The notes: generated by a model not told the origin, from the letters alone. Positions 40,692 to 51,869 are shown, counted from the first letter of the stretch. The stretch is 64,000 nt of DNA from an uncultured Candidatus Entotheonella sp. (GCA_965217185.1 OZ244252.1:736001-800000), one strand, 5' to 3'. Translations and numbers: made by a program.

Positions 40692-41438
40692 ATGGACGTT
40701 CACATCCTCACCATTTTCCCCGGCATGTTTATCTCACCCCTGCAGGCGAGCATCCTGCAGCGGGCGCAGGCGCACCAGCACCTTCGCGTGACCGTGCATG
40801 ACCTGCGCGATTTTGCTTCGGGGCGGCATCGGGTAACCGACGACAGCCCCTACGGCGGCGGTGCCGGCATGGTGATGAAGCCGGAGCCGATTGTCGCGGG
40901 CATTCAGGCGCTGCAGGAACGCTTTGGACCGGCTTACGTCATGTTGATGAGCCCGCAGGGCAGGGTGCTCGACCAGGAATTTGCCAAGACTTTGCTGGGT
41001 CATTCATGCGTGGTGCTCATTTGCGGCCGCTACAGCGGGGTCGACGCCCGCGTTATGCCGTACATTGACGCCGAACTTTCGATTGGCGATTACGTGTTGA
41101 CGGGCGGCGAGCTGCCGGCCATGGTGGTGTTGGACGTGGTGGGGCGAATGATTCCCGGCGTTGTAGGAGATCGCCAATCGGTGGAGGAGGATTCGTTTTT
41201 CAACGGCCTGTTGCAGGGGCCGCAATACACGCGGCCAGAAACCTTCGACGGCGTCCGCGTACCGGCCACTCTGCTGTCCGGAGATCACGCCGCGATTGCC
41301 GAATGGCGGCACCGGCAGGCCCTGCAGACGACGCTGAAAAGGCGTCCGGACCTGTTGGAGCGCGCCGCACTGACGCCGCAGGACCGAGCAGTCCTGCGGG
41401 AAATAGGCCGTGAAGAAACGAACCCGCATGAGCCATGA
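40692..41438 (+). CDS. trmD: tRNA (guanine37-N1)-methyltransferase
   Basis: DDSPYGGGAGMVMK, SPQG, SIGDYVLTGGE, PQYTRP, LLSGDH. Confidence 0.96.
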   Translation: MDVHILTIFPGMFISPLQASILQRAQAHQHLRVTVHDLRDFASGRHRVTDDSPYGGGAGMVMKPEPIVAGIQALQERFGPAYVMLMSPQGRVLDQEFAKTLLGHSCVVLICGRYSGVDARVMPYIDAELSIGDYVLTGGELPAMVVLDVVGRMIPGVVGDRQSVEEDSFFNGLLQGPQYTRPETFDGVRVPATLLSGDHAAIAEWRHRQALQTTLKRRPDLLERAALTPQDRAVLREIGREETNPHEP

Positions 41439-41994
41439 CCGCCCTCAGTTGTTCGTCGCGCTGTTGCATTTTCCCGTGTATAACAAGAACCGCGAGGTGA
41501 TTGCCACCTCGCTGACGACAGTCAACCTGCACGATCTCGCCCGGTTGGTCACGACGTATGGCGTTATGGGCTGTTACGTGGTGACGCCGTTCCAGCGCCA
41601 GCGCGAGTTGGCCTGTCGGATGATCGTTCACTGGACCGAAGGATACGGTGCTGCCTATAATTCGACGCGCGCCGAGGCGCTGCAGCATCTTTGCATTGTC
41701 GATAGCCTTGTAGAGGTCGAGCAGGACATTTCGCGGCGATGTGGAAGCGCACCCCATACCATTGCAACGGATGCACGACGGTTTCCCCAGTGCACGTCGT
41801 ACGCCGACCTGCGAGACATCATTTGGCGGCAGCGGGACGCTTTCCTGCTGCTTTTGGGGACGGGGTGGGGACTTACGGACGAACTGATGGCTGGCTGTAA
41901 CTACATCCTGGCTCCTATTGCTGTTGGTACCCGATACAATCACCTGCCGGTACGGGTCGCGGCAGGTATTATGCTCGACCGGCTGCTCGGTTGA
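41428..41994 (+). CDS. SPOUT-type SAM-dependent RNA methyltransferase (trmD-associated family)
   Basis: ALLHFPVYNK, LLLGTGWGL, YNHLPVRVAAGIMLDRL. Confidence 0.8.
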   Translation: MSHDRPQLFVALLHFPVYNKNREVIATSLTTVNLHDLARLVTTYGVMGCYVVTPFQRQRELACRMIVHWTEGYGAAYNSTRAEALQHLCIVDSLVEVEQDISRRCGSAPHTIATDARRFPQCTSYADLRDIIWRQRDAFLLLLGTGWGLTDELMAGCNYILAPIAVGTRYNHLPVRVAAGIMLDRLLG

Positions 41995-42049
41995 GTCGAC
42001 GCGATGGGAAGAGCCGGGCCCCTTCATATTTTGTTGAGGAAATAACGTT

Positions 42050-42400
42050 ATGCATGCGTTAATGGATATTGAACAAACCCAGATGAAGCGGGATCTGCCC
42101 GAGTTTCGCGCCGGCGATACGGTGCGGGTGCAGGTGCGCATTATTGAGGGTACCCGCGAGCGCGTGCAGGCGTTCGAGGGCGTGGTACTTGCGATCAGTG
42201 GTAGCGGCGTTCGTCGTACCTTCACCGTGCGCAAGGTTTCCTCGGGCATCGGGGTGGAGCGGGTTTTCCCTTTGCATTCGCCGAGGATTGACGCCATTGA
42301 AGTCGTGCGGCGCGGACGGGTTCGCCGCGCCAAGTTGTTTTACCTGCGCAAGCTGAGGGGCAAAGCGGCGCGCATCAAAGAGCGTCGTACGCGCGTCTGA
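42050..42400 (+). CDS. rplS: 50S ribosomal protein L19
   Basis: [42 protein letters not shown]. Confidence 0.97.
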   Translation: MHALMDIEQTQMKRDLPEFRAGDTVRVQVRIIEGTRERVQAFEGVVLAISGSGVRRTFTVRKVSSGIGVERVFPLHSPRIDAIEVVRRGRVRRAKLFYLRKLRGKAARIKERRTRV

Positions 42401-42411
42401 GGATCGGGTGC

Positions 42412-43065
42412 ATGGCCCAGCGCGACATCTCCGGCGTGTCTCACTTGCCGTTCGAACAGGAGGCACGTCAGGCAGGGTATCGCACCATCGCCGGCATTGA
42501 TGAAGCGGGGCGTGGACCGTTGGCGGGTCCGGTGGTTGCCGCTGCCGTGTGTCTTCCTCCCACGTATGACATCCCAGGGTTGCAGGACTCGAAGCGTTTG
42601 ACGGAGCACCAGCGAGAGTCAGTTTACCGCCTTATCTTGCATGAAGCGTCGGCGTATGGTGTCGGTGTGGTATCGCACCGGCTGATTGACCGACATCACA
42701 TTTTATGGGCGACAAAGGAAGCCATGTTGCAGGCGGTGAGGCAACTTTCGGGTGTTCCCGACCTGTTGCTGATTGACGGTCCGATAGCGCTGCCGGCCGC
42801 CGCCATCGATCAACGCCCTATCGTGCGCGGCGATGCCTCCTGCGCCTCCATTGCCGCCGCATCCGTGATCGCCAAGGTGACGCGTGACCGCATGATGGTA
42901 GCTTATGGCAAGCGTTATCCGGCTTACGGTTTCGCGCGGCATAAAGGCTATCCCACCCGTGACCATTACGCGCGCCTGCGCGCCCATGGCCCCTGTGCCA
43001 TTCATCGGCTCAGTTTTCGCGGCGTGCTCGATCCGACACCAGCTTCCGGCAAGGCCGATTCATGA
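42412..43065 (+). CDS. rnhB: Ribonuclease HII
   Basis: GIDEAGRGPLAGPV, DSKRL, IAAASVIAKVTRD, HKGYPT. Confidence 0.96.
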   Translation: MAQRDISGVSHLPFEQEARQAGYRTIAGIDEAGRGPLAGPVVAAAVCLPPTYDIPGLQDSKRLTEHQRESVYRLILHEASAYGVGVVSHRLIDRHHILWATKEAMLQAVRQLSGVPDLLLIDGPIALPAAAIDQRPIVRGDASCASIAAASVIAKVTRDRMMVAYGKRYPAYGFARHKGYPTRDHYARLRAHGPCAIHRLSFRGVLDPTPASGKADS

Positions 43066-43445
43066 CCAAGTGGCGCCTGAGACGTGGTGCGCAGGGCGAG
43101 CAGATAGCCGCCGATTATCTGAAACGTCTTGGCTATCGCATCCAGCAACGAAATTACCGTTGCAAGCAGGGCGAGATCGATATCATTGCCTGGGACGGTG
43201 CGGTGCTGATCTTCGTTGAAGTCAAGACCAAGAGTCGAACGGACTTCGGTGCGCCGCAAGCGATGGTCACCAGGCAAAAGCAGGCGAAGATCGTGCACGT
43301 TGCGATGGCCTACGTCCAGGAACACCAGGTACGAGATACCGCACTGCGGTTTGACGTGGTGGCTGTCACCTGCCTGCCGGACACGACACCAGAGGTGGTG
43401 CACGTGCCGGCGGCGTTCGATGCTTCCCCGCAGTTTCTCTATTGA
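43062..43445 (+). CDS. yraN: YraN (UPF0102) family protein
   Basis: GEQIAADYL, NYRCKQGEIDIIA, FVEVKT, RFDVV. Confidence 0.9.
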   Translation: MTKWRLRRGAQGEQIAADYLKRLGYRIQQRNYRCKQGEIDIIAWDGAVLIFVEVKTKSRTDFGAPQAMVTRQKQAKIVHVAMAYVQEHQVRDTALRFDVVAVTCLPDTTPEVVHVPAAFDASPQFLY

Positions 43446-43473
43446 TTGGGGGTCGCCGGGGCTCGGTGTTGTC

Positions 43474-43502
43474 TTGACAAAGGTTGCCCGGCTATCTATC
43501 TT
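43474..43502 (+). promoter_or_regulatory. sigma70 promoter of rplM-rpsI
   Basis: TTGACA, 17-nt spacer, TATCTT. Confidence 0.65.
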
Positions 43503-43556
43503 GGTGCCTCGCGTTTTGCAAGGCATAGCCATATTTCACGGTACGGAGTTGCAATC

Positions 43557-43988
43557 ATGCGGACAGTCTCCATTCGTAAGGAAGACGTCACTCATAGTTG
43601 GTACGTTGTTGACGCAAAGAACAAAGTCTTGGGCCGGCTCGCCTGTGAGGTGGCGAAGATTCTTCGTGGCAAGCATAAACCGATCTATACGCCCCACGTT
43701 GATACAGGCGATTACGTCGTTGTTGTGAATGCCGACAAGGTTGTCTTGACGGGCAAGAAATGGGCGCAGAAGCTCTATCGCTGGCATACCGGATACCCCG
43801 GGGGCTTTCGGGAAGTGACCGCCGAGAAGATGCATCAGCGCAAGCCCAAGCGGCTCGTTGAGTTGGCGGTGCGGGGCATGCTCCCGAAAAACAAACTGGG
43901 GCGGGCCATGTATCGCAAGCTGAAGGTGTATACCACACCCACGCATCCGCACGCGGGCCAGCAGCCGCAGCCCTTGGACATTAGTTGA
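43557..43988 (+). CDS. rplM: 50S ribosomal protein L13
   Basis: [44 protein letters not shown]. Confidence 0.97.
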   Translation: MRTVSIRKEDVTHSWYVVDAKNKVLGRLACEVAKILRGKHKPIYTPHVDTGDYVVVVNADKVVLTGKKWAQKLYRWHTGYPGGFREVTAEKMHQRKPKRLVELAVRGMLPKNKLGRAMYRKLKVYTTPTHPHAGQQPQPLDIS

Positions 43989-44052
43989 GTTTTGTCTGCC
44001 AGGCGGATCGCGCTTGGTAGTCCATTGGATGCCACACGGTTTTGGAGAGGGT

Positions 44053-44448
44053 ATGGCAGAACAGTTTCGCTACTACGACACGGGCAAACGCAAATCCGCG
44101 ATTGCCCGTGTATGGCTTATGGCCGGCGAAGGCAAGATTTCCGTCAATCGCCGCTCATTCGAGGATTACTTCCCGCTTGAAACCCACAAGACGCTCATTG
44201 AGTCTCCCCTCAAAATCACTAACACCCTGGGTCAGTACGACGCCTACATTACCGTGCGCGGCGGCGGTGTGTCCGGGCAGGCTAGTGCAATCCGGCACGG
44301 TATTGCCAAGAGCCTGCTGCATCTGGATGCGACATTTCGGCCGATACTGAAGCAGGCGGGTTTTCTGACGCGTGATTCACGCATCAAGGAACGGAAAAAA
44401 TATGGGCAGAAGAAAGCGCGGAAGCGTTTTCAATACTCCAAACGCTAA
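44053..44448 (+). CDS. rpsI: 30S ribosomal protein S9
   Basis: TGKRKSAIARV, GGGVSGQA, LTRDSRIKERKKYG, QYSKR. Confidence 0.97.
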   Translation: MAEQFRYYDTGKRKSAIARVWLMAGEGKISVNRRSFEDYFPLETHKTLIESPLKITNTLGQYDAYITVRGGGVSGQASAIRHGIAKSLLHLDATFRPILKQAGFLTRDSRIKERKKYGQKKARKRFQYSKR

Positions 44449-44530
44449 GGCAACGAACGCTGCACCGGCTGCCACGGCAGCGTTCCACAGTTGACCCGTG
44501 CTGGGCCAAGCACAGGAGGAGGTAAACCTT

Positions 44531-45400
44531 TTGGCAATGCTTACCATCCGACAATTATTAGAGTCCGGGGCGCACTTCGGGCACCAGACAAATCGCTGGA
44601 ACCCGAAAATGAAGCGGTATATTTTCGGGTCGCGGAACGGTATCTATGTCGTTGATCTACAACAGACATTAGAACGTTTTCGTGAGGCATACGACTTTGT
44701 TCGCCGCACAACATCGCGCGGAGCCCGCATCCTGTTCGTCGGCACGAAGAGGCAGGCGCAGGACATCGTGGGCAGTGAGGCGGCGCGCGCTCAGCAGCAT
44801 TATGTGAATCAACGTTGGCTGGGCGGCATGCTGACGAATTTTTCGACGATTAAGAACAGCCTCGGGCGACTCAAAGAGTTTGAGCACATGCAGGAAATGG
44901 GCATGTGGGAGAGCCTGCCCAAGAAAGAAGTCTTGCAGTTGCAAAAGAAGGCCGACAAGCTTGAGAAATTGCTGGGCGGCATCAAGTCGATGGAAGCACT
45001 GCCGGGCGCTCTCTTCGTTATTGATTGTAAGAAAGAAAAGATCGCCATTAGTGAAGCCAAGAAGCTCGGTATTCCGACGGTTGCGATCGTGGATACCAAT
45101 TGTGACCCGGATGACATCGACTACGTCATTCCAGGCAATGACGATGCGATCCGCGCCATTCGACTGATGACCTCGCAAATTGCGCAGGCCGCCATTGAGG
45201 GGATACATGAGCGTCAGGCCGCTTCGCTGGAAGAGGAAAGCGCCGTCTCGACGTCGTCGCAGGAGGAAATGAGCGCCGTGGACGGTCAGGCTGAGGCTGG
45301 AGATGCCGCCCAGCCCGATGCGGCTGTCGAACCCGCGGTTGCCGTCACGGCCTCGAATGAGGTTGACCCGCCCGCAGAATTGCCTGCCGAAGATAAGTAA
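44531..45400 (+). CDS. rpsB: 30S ribosomal protein S2
   Basis: [37 protein letters not shown]. Start at TTG 44531 or ATG 44537. Confidence 0.97.
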   Translation: MAMLTIRQLLESGAHFGHQTNRWNPKMKRYIFGSRNGIYVVDLQQTLERFREAYDFVRRTTSRGARILFVGTKRQAQDIVGSEAARAQQHYVNQRWLGGMLTNFSTIKNSLGRLKEFEHMQEMGMWESLPKKEVLQLQKKADKLEKLLGGIKSMEALPGALFVIDCKKEKIAISEAKKLGIPTVAIVDTNCDPDDIDYVIPGNDDAIRAIRLMTSQIAQAAIEGIHERQAASLEEESAVSTSSQEEMSAVDGQAEAGDAAQPDAAVEPAVAVTASNEVDPPAELPAEDK

Positions 45401-45426
45401 GCCCAGGGAAAGAAGAAGGAAGGATT

Positions 45427-46026
45427 ATGTCGATTACCACAACGATGGTGAAGGAGTTGCGGGAGAAAACCGGTGTCGGAATCATGGACTGCAAGGAGGC
45501 GCTTGCGGCCACCAATGGTTCCATTGAGGAGGCACAGGATTACCTTCGCAAGAAAGGCTTGCAGGCTGCAGCAAAGCGGGCTGAACGCAGCACTCGCGAG
45601 GGCTCGGTGGGCTCCTACATTCATGGTGGCGGACGTCTCGGCGTGATGATCGAGGTCAACTGTGAGACCGATTTCGTCGCCAGAACCGATGACTTCCAGG
45701 AACTGGTGCACGATCTTGCCATGCAGGTGGCCGCCAGCAATCCTCTCTATCCCACGCGTGACGGTGTGCCGGAAGAGGTCGTGATCAAGGAACGCCAGAT
45801 CCTTGAGGAGCAAGCGCAAGCTTCAGGTCGGCCAGCCCAGGCCATCGCCAAGATGGTTGAAGGACGCCTCAACAAATACTTCCAGGAAGTTTGCCTACTG
45901 GATCAGCCGTTCGTGAAAGACCCCAGCATGAGCGTGGGCGACATCATCACCGCCAAGATCGCCAAAACCGGCGAGAATATCACCGTCAGCCGTTTTGTGC
46001 GCTTCCAACTCGGAGAAGCGTTGTAG
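45427..46026 (+). CDS. tsf: Elongation factor Ts (short form)
   Basis: VKELREKTGVGIMDCK, EVNCETDFVA, LLDQPFVKD. Confidence 0.97.
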   Translation: MSITTTMVKELREKTGVGIMDCKEALAATNGSIEEAQDYLRKKGLQAAAKRAERSTREGSVGSYIHGGGRLGVMIEVNCETDFVARTDDFQELVHDLAMQVAASNPLYPTRDGVPEEVVIKERQILEEQAQASGRPAQAIAKMVEGRLNKYFQEVCLLDQPFVKDPSMSVGDIITAKIAKTGENITVSRFVRFQLGEAL

Positions 46027-46062
46027 GCCGCGGCCTTTGGTCTGGGCCACTCTCGTGCGTAA

Positions 46063-46796
<734 letters not shown>

Positions 46797-46797
<1 letters not shown>

Positions 46798-47354
46798 TGC
46801 TGGATGACGTCTACCACGAAGTGGATCACAAAATGGAGCGGTCGTTAGCCGCCCTCCGCAAAGAACTGTCCCGAATTCGTACCGGGCGTGCCACGTTGGC
46901 GCTTTTGGAGGGGATCGATGTGGATTACTACGGCACCACCACGCCTTTGAATCAGATGGCCACCCTGGCGGCTCCTGAAAGCCGTTTGCTGACCATTCAG
47001 CCGTGGGACAAATCGCAGGTCGGGCTCATTGAAAAAGCCATTCAGCGCTCCGATTTGGGGTTGACGCCCATGAACGACGGCATGATCATCCGACTGGCGA
47101 TCCCGCCGCTGACCACTGAGCGCCGCAAGGACTTGGTCAAGAAGGTCAAGAAGATTGGTGAAGACGTGAAAGTCGCCCTGCGCAATGTTCGCCGCGAGGG
47201 CAACGAAACACTCAAGGACCTGGAAAAGACCAAGGACATCTCCCAGGATGATTTGCGCCGTGGACAGGAGCAAGTCCAGAAGATTACCGATCGTTTCATT
47301 TCTCAGGTCGATGATGTTTTGAACGCCAAGGAACACGAGATTCTGGAGGTTTAG
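46797..47354 (+). CDS. frr: Ribosome recycling factor
   Basis: IRTGRA, VDYYG, PPLTTERR, RNVRR. Confidence 0.97.
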
Positions 47355-47490
47355 CAGGAATGCCCGTCGTCGTTTAATGAGAAATGCTCAGGTGTGACTC
47401 CGCGCTGCTCAGTTGTCCCGATTCCGAGTTCAACATGTTGCTCCTGATAACTGAGAGCGTTTCCGTGCTGTTTATCGGTTTGGACGGCTC

Positions 47491-48306
47491 ATGGAACAAT
47501 TGCGGCGTGTGATCAGTGCTTTGGTACTTCTTCCCCCCTTCATTCTTATCCTTCTGTACGCCCCTGCCGAACTGTTTTCCCTTCTCGTTTTGGCCGTCAG
47601 CATCCTGGCGTTACACGAATACAGCGCCCTGTTGAGACAGATAAACTTGCCCATCGGCAGCGGGGCTTGTTACGTCGCGGCCTTTGCCCTGACGGTGGCG
47701 GCCTATCTGGGCGGCTGGCCTTGGCTTTCGCCGGCGCTGTTCCTCAGCCTGTTGCTGCTCACCCTGACCGCTATTACCTCTTCGCAGGGCGTGTCCGGCA
47801 AATTTTCCATGGTGTTGCACGGCGCTTTCGGCGTCCTTGGCATTGCCTGGTGCCTCAGCCACTTTATCGTTCTACGCAGTATGCAGGCGGGGCAATGGTA
47901 CCTGCTTTTCATGTGCATTACGGTGTGGGTCAGCGACTCCATGGCCATGTATACTGGGAAGTTGCTGGGACGGCACCGACTGGTCGGATCGCTAAGCCCC
48001 GGTAAAACTTGGGAAGGCGCCGTAGGGGGGACGATGAGCGGCGTGATAACCGCCGGGGCGACGGCGCCGTTTTTGGTGCCTCAATTGTTGCTGTGGCAAG
48101 GCGTGCTGCTCGGCTGCCTGATAACGCTTGCGGCTCAGATCAGTGATCTGGGAGAATCAATGCTCAAACGCTACACCGGTGCAAAAGACTCCAGCGGGCT
48201 CATTCCCGGCCACGGGGGTGGTCTGGACCGTATCGATAGCATGCTGTTCGCTACCCCGACGTTGTGCTACGCTCTTGAACTGCTGGGCAAGGCGTCTGCT
48301 GCCTGA
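47491..48306 (+). CDS. cdsA: Phosphatidate cytidylyltransferase
   Basis: SPGKTWEG, DLGESMLKR, KDSSGLIPGHGGGLDRIDS. Confidence 0.95.
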   Translation: MEQLRRVISALVLLPPFILILLYAPAELFSLLVLAVSILALHEYSALLRQINLPIGSGACYVAAFALTVAAYLGGWPWLSPALFLSLLLLTLTAITSSQGVSGKFSMVLHGAFGVLGIAWCLSHFIVLRSMQAGQWYLLFMCITVWVSDSMAMYTGKLLGRHRLVGSLSPGKTWEGAVGGTMSGVITAGATAPFLVPQLLLWQGVLLGCLITLAAQISDLGESMLKRYTGAKDSSGLIPGHGGGLDRIDSMLFATPTLCYALELLGKASAA

Positions 48307-48342
48307 GGAAGTGCCTTTCAGAGGGATTAGGGAGGCGTTTGT

Positions 48343-49530
48343 ATGGACACCCGAAAAGGTATCGCCGTGCTCGGTTCAACGGGTTCAATCGGCGTCAACA
48401 CCTTGAGCGTGATCGCTTCTCATCCTGACCAATTTGCCGTGCTGGCGCTCGCAGCCCATTCGAACGTGGACCAGCTTGAAGAGCAGGTACGCCGCTTCCG
48501 CCCGCGGCTGGCCGTGCTGTTCGACGAGGAAAAAGCCAACCATCTGCGTGACCGTCTGGGGAATCTGGATATCGAGGTGGATTCAGGCTTGGACGGACTA
48601 TGCCGCGCTGCCGTGTATCCCGATGTTGACTTGGTGATGTCGGCTGTGGTCGGTTCTATCGGATTGTGGCCGACTCTGCGTGCTGTCCAGGCCGGGTTGG
48701 ACGTGGCGTTGGCGAACAAGGAATCCCTGGTCATGGCGGGGGAACTGATCATCCGTCCTGATAGGCCGGAGTGGGGGAGAATTATCCCTGTTGATAGTGA
48801 GCCCAATGCTATTTTTCAGGTCCTGCAAGATCAGCAGCGATCGGCGTTGCGCCGTATCTTGCTGACGGCCTCCGGCGGGCCGTTTCGCGACTGGTCGCTA
48901 GAGGACATGCGATCCGCCAGCGTCGTCGAGGCGCTCAAGCACCCGAACTGGAAAATGGGGCCGAAAATCACCGTCGACTCCGCTACGATGATGAACAAGG
49001 GCCTTGAACTGATTGAGGCGCACCGACTTTTTGACGTGCCTGTCGAGAATCTCCAGATCGTCGTGCACCCCGAAAGCATTGTTCATTCCATGGTTGAATT
49101 TCACGACGGTTCCGTGCTTGCTCAACTTGGCATTCCTGACATGCGGGTGCCGATCTCCTATGCGCTGGCTTACCCGCAGCGACTGCCGAACTCGCTGCCG
49201 TCGCTCGATCTGTTTTCCGTGCGAGCCCTACATTTCCATTCTCCCGACCACAAACGTTTTCCCTGCCTGCGGTTGGCCGTTGAAGCGGCACGTTGCGGGG
49301 GTACCATGCCAGCTGTTCTGAACGCCGCCAACGAGGTCGCCGTGCAAGCTTTCCTCGAAGGGTCGATCAATTTCCTGGCGATTCCGAAAGTGATTGAGAC
49401 CACCATGGCACGGCACGTGGCCATTCCTCTTGACGACATATCAGTCGCGTTGGAGGCGGATCGCTGGGCGCGCGAATACGCCGCGACGACGGTGAAAGCG
49501 TGTGGGGGTGTATTCAGGGATGTTGTGTGA
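48343..49530 (+). CDS. dxr: 1-deoxy-D-xylulose-5-phosphate reductoisomerase
   Basis: LGSTGSIG, LANKESLV, LTASGGPF, HPNWKMGPKITVDSATMMNKGLE, NAANE. Confidence 0.96.
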   Translation: MDTRKGIAVLGSTGSIGVNTLSVIASHPDQFAVLALAAHSNVDQLEEQVRRFRPRLAVLFDEEKANHLRDRLGNLDIEVDSGLDGLCRAAVYPDVDLVMSAVVGSIGLWPTLRAVQAGLDVALANKESLVMAGELIIRPDRPEWGRIIPVDSEPNAIFQVLQDQQRSALRRILLTASGGPFRDWSLEDMRSASVVEALKHPNWKMGPKITVDSATMMNKGLELIEAHRLFDVPVENLQIVVHPESIVHSMVEFHDGSVLAQLGIPDMRVPISYALAYPQRLPNSLPSLDLFSVRALHFHSPDHKRFPCLRLAVEAARCGGTMPAVLNAANEVAVQAFLEGSINFLAIPKVIETTMARHVAIPLDDISVALEADRWAREYAATTVKACGGVFRDVV

Positions 49531-49595
49531 CCTGTCCCGACACCGGAATGTAGCTCTGGTTTTACCGCACGGCATTGGGCATTCGAGGTGCATCC

Positions 49596-50189
49596 ATGTC
49601 CGGTGAGAAGGTGCGGGCCTTTATTGCCATCAGGCCGGCCGCAGACTTGCATCGGGCATGCGCCGGTGTGGCCGCAGCCGGCCGCGGACCGCTCATGCGC
49701 TGGGTGCGCCCCGAATCCGTCCACCTGACGCTCAAATTTCTGGGGGACGTGCCGGTGGATGCCATCCCGGCGATTCATCAAGCGTTGCGACAGGCGGCGG
49801 AAGGCTTGGCAACCTTTAGCGTCGCGGTGCGAGGGCTTGGCTGCTTTCCCAATGCAATCCGTCCACGGGTCTTATGGATGGGATTTGACGATCCGCGGCG
49901 TGAATTGCTACAACTGCAACGTAACATCGAATCGACATTGGCAGCGCTGGAAGTGTCGGCGGAGGAGCGGCCATTCCGACCACATTTGACCTTGGCTCGT
50001 ACTCGCGGAACCCGGGTCGGCGAGGAACTTAACGCGTTGTTGAGCGAGTACAAGAATCACCTTTTCGGCTATCTCGTCGTTTCCCAAATCCACCTCATGC
50101 GGAGTGACCTATATGAAAAAGGAGCGGTGCACACCCGCCTTTGTTCGGCTGCCCTGCAAGGCTCCAACACCAACTGTGCTATTGCGTAA
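49596..50189 (+). CDS. thpR: RNA 2',3'-cyclic phosphodiesterase (2H family)
   Basis: RAFIAI and two HxT motifs (HLTLKFLG, PHLTLAR). Confidence 0.9.
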   Translation: MSGEKVRAFIAIRPAADLHRACAGVAAAGRGPLMRWVRPESVHLTLKFLGDVPVDAIPAIHQALRQAAEGLATFSVAVRGLGCFPNAIRPRVLWMGFDDPRRELLQLQRNIESTLAALEVSAEERPFRPHLTLARTRGTRVGEELNALLSEYKNHLFGYLVVSQIHLMRSDLYEKGAVHTRLCSAALQGSNTNCAIA

Positions 50190-50213
50190 AGCCATCGGAA
50201 AGGAGAGGTAACG

Positions 50214-50648
50214 ATGTTGAAACAAATTCGTGCAACTCGTGAACACGGCTTTACCCTCATCGAACTGATGATCGTGGTTGCCATTATTGGCATTCTGGCG
50301 GCCATTGCGGTACCGAATTTCACCGCTTACCGCAATCGCAGCCGCGTTGCTGCGGCCGTGGCTACTGCCGAAAGCATTCGTTCTGCACTGGCGGGCTATG
50401 CTGCCGAACAAGTCAGCAGTCTCTATCCCCTCAGTGATGACATTGAGGACTATGACGGTGCGGTCAATCTACTTAATCCGCAAGGGGCAGCCTTGCCTGC
50501 CGACCCTGCCAAGGTTTCCATCGACTCCCTGTCCTATGATTCCGAGGACGGTGAAACCTACACCCTCAACATTGTTGTTAATGTGCCCGATGGCGTCACG
50601 GGAAAGCAGCTTACCGTCACGCCCGGGGGGATCGAGAGAGGAACGTAA
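50214..50648 (+). CDS. pilA: Type IV major pilin
   Basis: G|FTLIELMIVVAIIGILAAIAVP prepilin motif, strong RBS, adjacent to the prepilin peptidase gene. Confidence 0.85.
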   Translation: MLKQIRATREHGFTLIELMIVVAIIGILAAIAVPNFTAYRNRSRVAAAVATAESIRSALAGYAAEQVSSLYPLSDDIEDYDGAVNLLNPQGAALPADPAKVSIDSLSYDSEDGETYTLNIVVNVPDGVTGKQLTVTPGGIERGT

Positions 50649-50660
50649 CTTCTCAGAGCC

Positions 50661-51425
50661 ATGCCCACCGCCCTTGGCTACGTCGTTGCCTTTGTCCTGG
50701 GAAGCATTGCCGCCAGCTTCGCCAACGTTTGCATTTACCGCCTTCCGTTAAGACAGTCCATCGTATCCCCAGCCTCACGGTGCACATCCTGCCAGCGTTC
50801 TCTGCGCCCTTGGCACAACCTGCCGATTGCCAGTTTCGTCGCCCTGAGGGGCCGTTGCGCTTTCTGCCAGGCTCGCATTTCCTGGCGTTACCTGGTCGTG
50901 GAAAGCCTTGGCGGTCTGCTGTATCTGCTGGGGTACCACCAACTCGGGCTTTCATTGCCCGCAGTTGCCTACGCCCTGCTGGTGACGGCGTTGCTGATCG
51001 TGTCTTTCATCGACTTCGCTCACATGATCATTCCCGATGCGGTGACGTTGCCGGGCATCGTTGTCGGCGCCTTTATCGGCTTGCTTCCCTCGTCAATCGG
51101 ATTTGCCAATGCCGTTGCCGGCGCCTGTCTGGGCGGGGGAATTTTCTTGCTCATCGCCTTGGTATATCCTGCCGGCATGGGCGGCGGCGACGTGAAACTT
51201 ATCGCCATGATCGGGGCGTTTGTCGGCTGGCAAGCGGTGCTCGTAACCATCATTTTGAGCGCTTTTTGCGGGGCGGCAAGTGGGTTGACGCTGATCCTGT
51301 TGGGAATCAAGGAGCGGCGAGATCCCGTGCCATTCGGCCCGTTTCTCGCCATCGGAGGCACCACGGCCATGCTGTGGGGGGAGGTATTGTTGGCGTGGTA
51401 TGGCCGCTGGACGTTGTCGTTCTGA
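50661..51425 (+). CDS. pilD: Prepilin peptidase
   Basis: SFANVCIYRLP, two CxxC motifs, FID, GMGGGDVKL, PFGPFL. Confidence 0.93.
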   Translation: MPTALGYVVAFVLGSIAASFANVCIYRLPLRQSIVSPASRCTSCQRSLRPWHNLPIASFVALRGRCAFCQARISWRYLVVESLGGLLYLLGYHQLGLSLPAVAYALLVTALLIVSFIDFAHMIIPDAVTLPGIVVGAFIGLLPSSIGFANAVAGACLGGGIFLLIALVYPAGMGGGDVKLIAMIGAFVGWQAVLVTIILSAFCGAASGLTLILLGIKERRDPVPFGPFLAIGGTTAMLWGEVLLAWYGRWTLSF

Positions 51426-51485
51426 TGACGCCAGGGGAGGGGGCTGATCCTCCAGACTATTTCTCCGAACAGGGAGGCAAACAAG

Positions 51486-51683
51486 ATGGCTGAGCACGTC
51501 CATCCGGAAGTACTGGTGAGCACCGAATAGGTTGCCGCTCACCTCAACGACCCATCCGTGCGGATTGTCGAATCGGATGAGGACATCCTGCTCTACGAAA
51601 TCGGACACATACCCGGTGCCATAAAGGTAGACTGGCAAAACGAGTTGCAAGGCCAGGTGGTGGTGCGCGACTACGTCAATCAA
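51486..51683 (+). pseudogene. Truncated, nonsense-mutated copy of the sulfurtransferase 5' end
   Basis: [54 protein letters not shown] matches the gene starting at 53599. TGG>TAG at 51528-30. Similarity stops after RDYVNQ. Confidence 0.88.
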
Positions 51684-51869
51684 TGGGCGGAGATGTGGTA
51701 TCATGACTTCAAACTGTTGGGAAGGGTTTTGTGGGTCATGTGGGACAGGTTGCGTGGCTTTCCACGTGAGACAAAACGCTTTAACTCAATACGTAGATCC
51801 AACGGGTTGAGGTCATCTATATTATCCATGGCGAGTCGTTACGGCAAAAACTTTCCGGAGGACCGTCTG

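Noticed and set aside
51528..51530. Amber (TAG) recoding or read-through
   Set aside because: TAG ends several normal genes in this window (cysH, def, tsf, frr), and the fragment is also truncated. A simple TGG>TAG mutation explains it.
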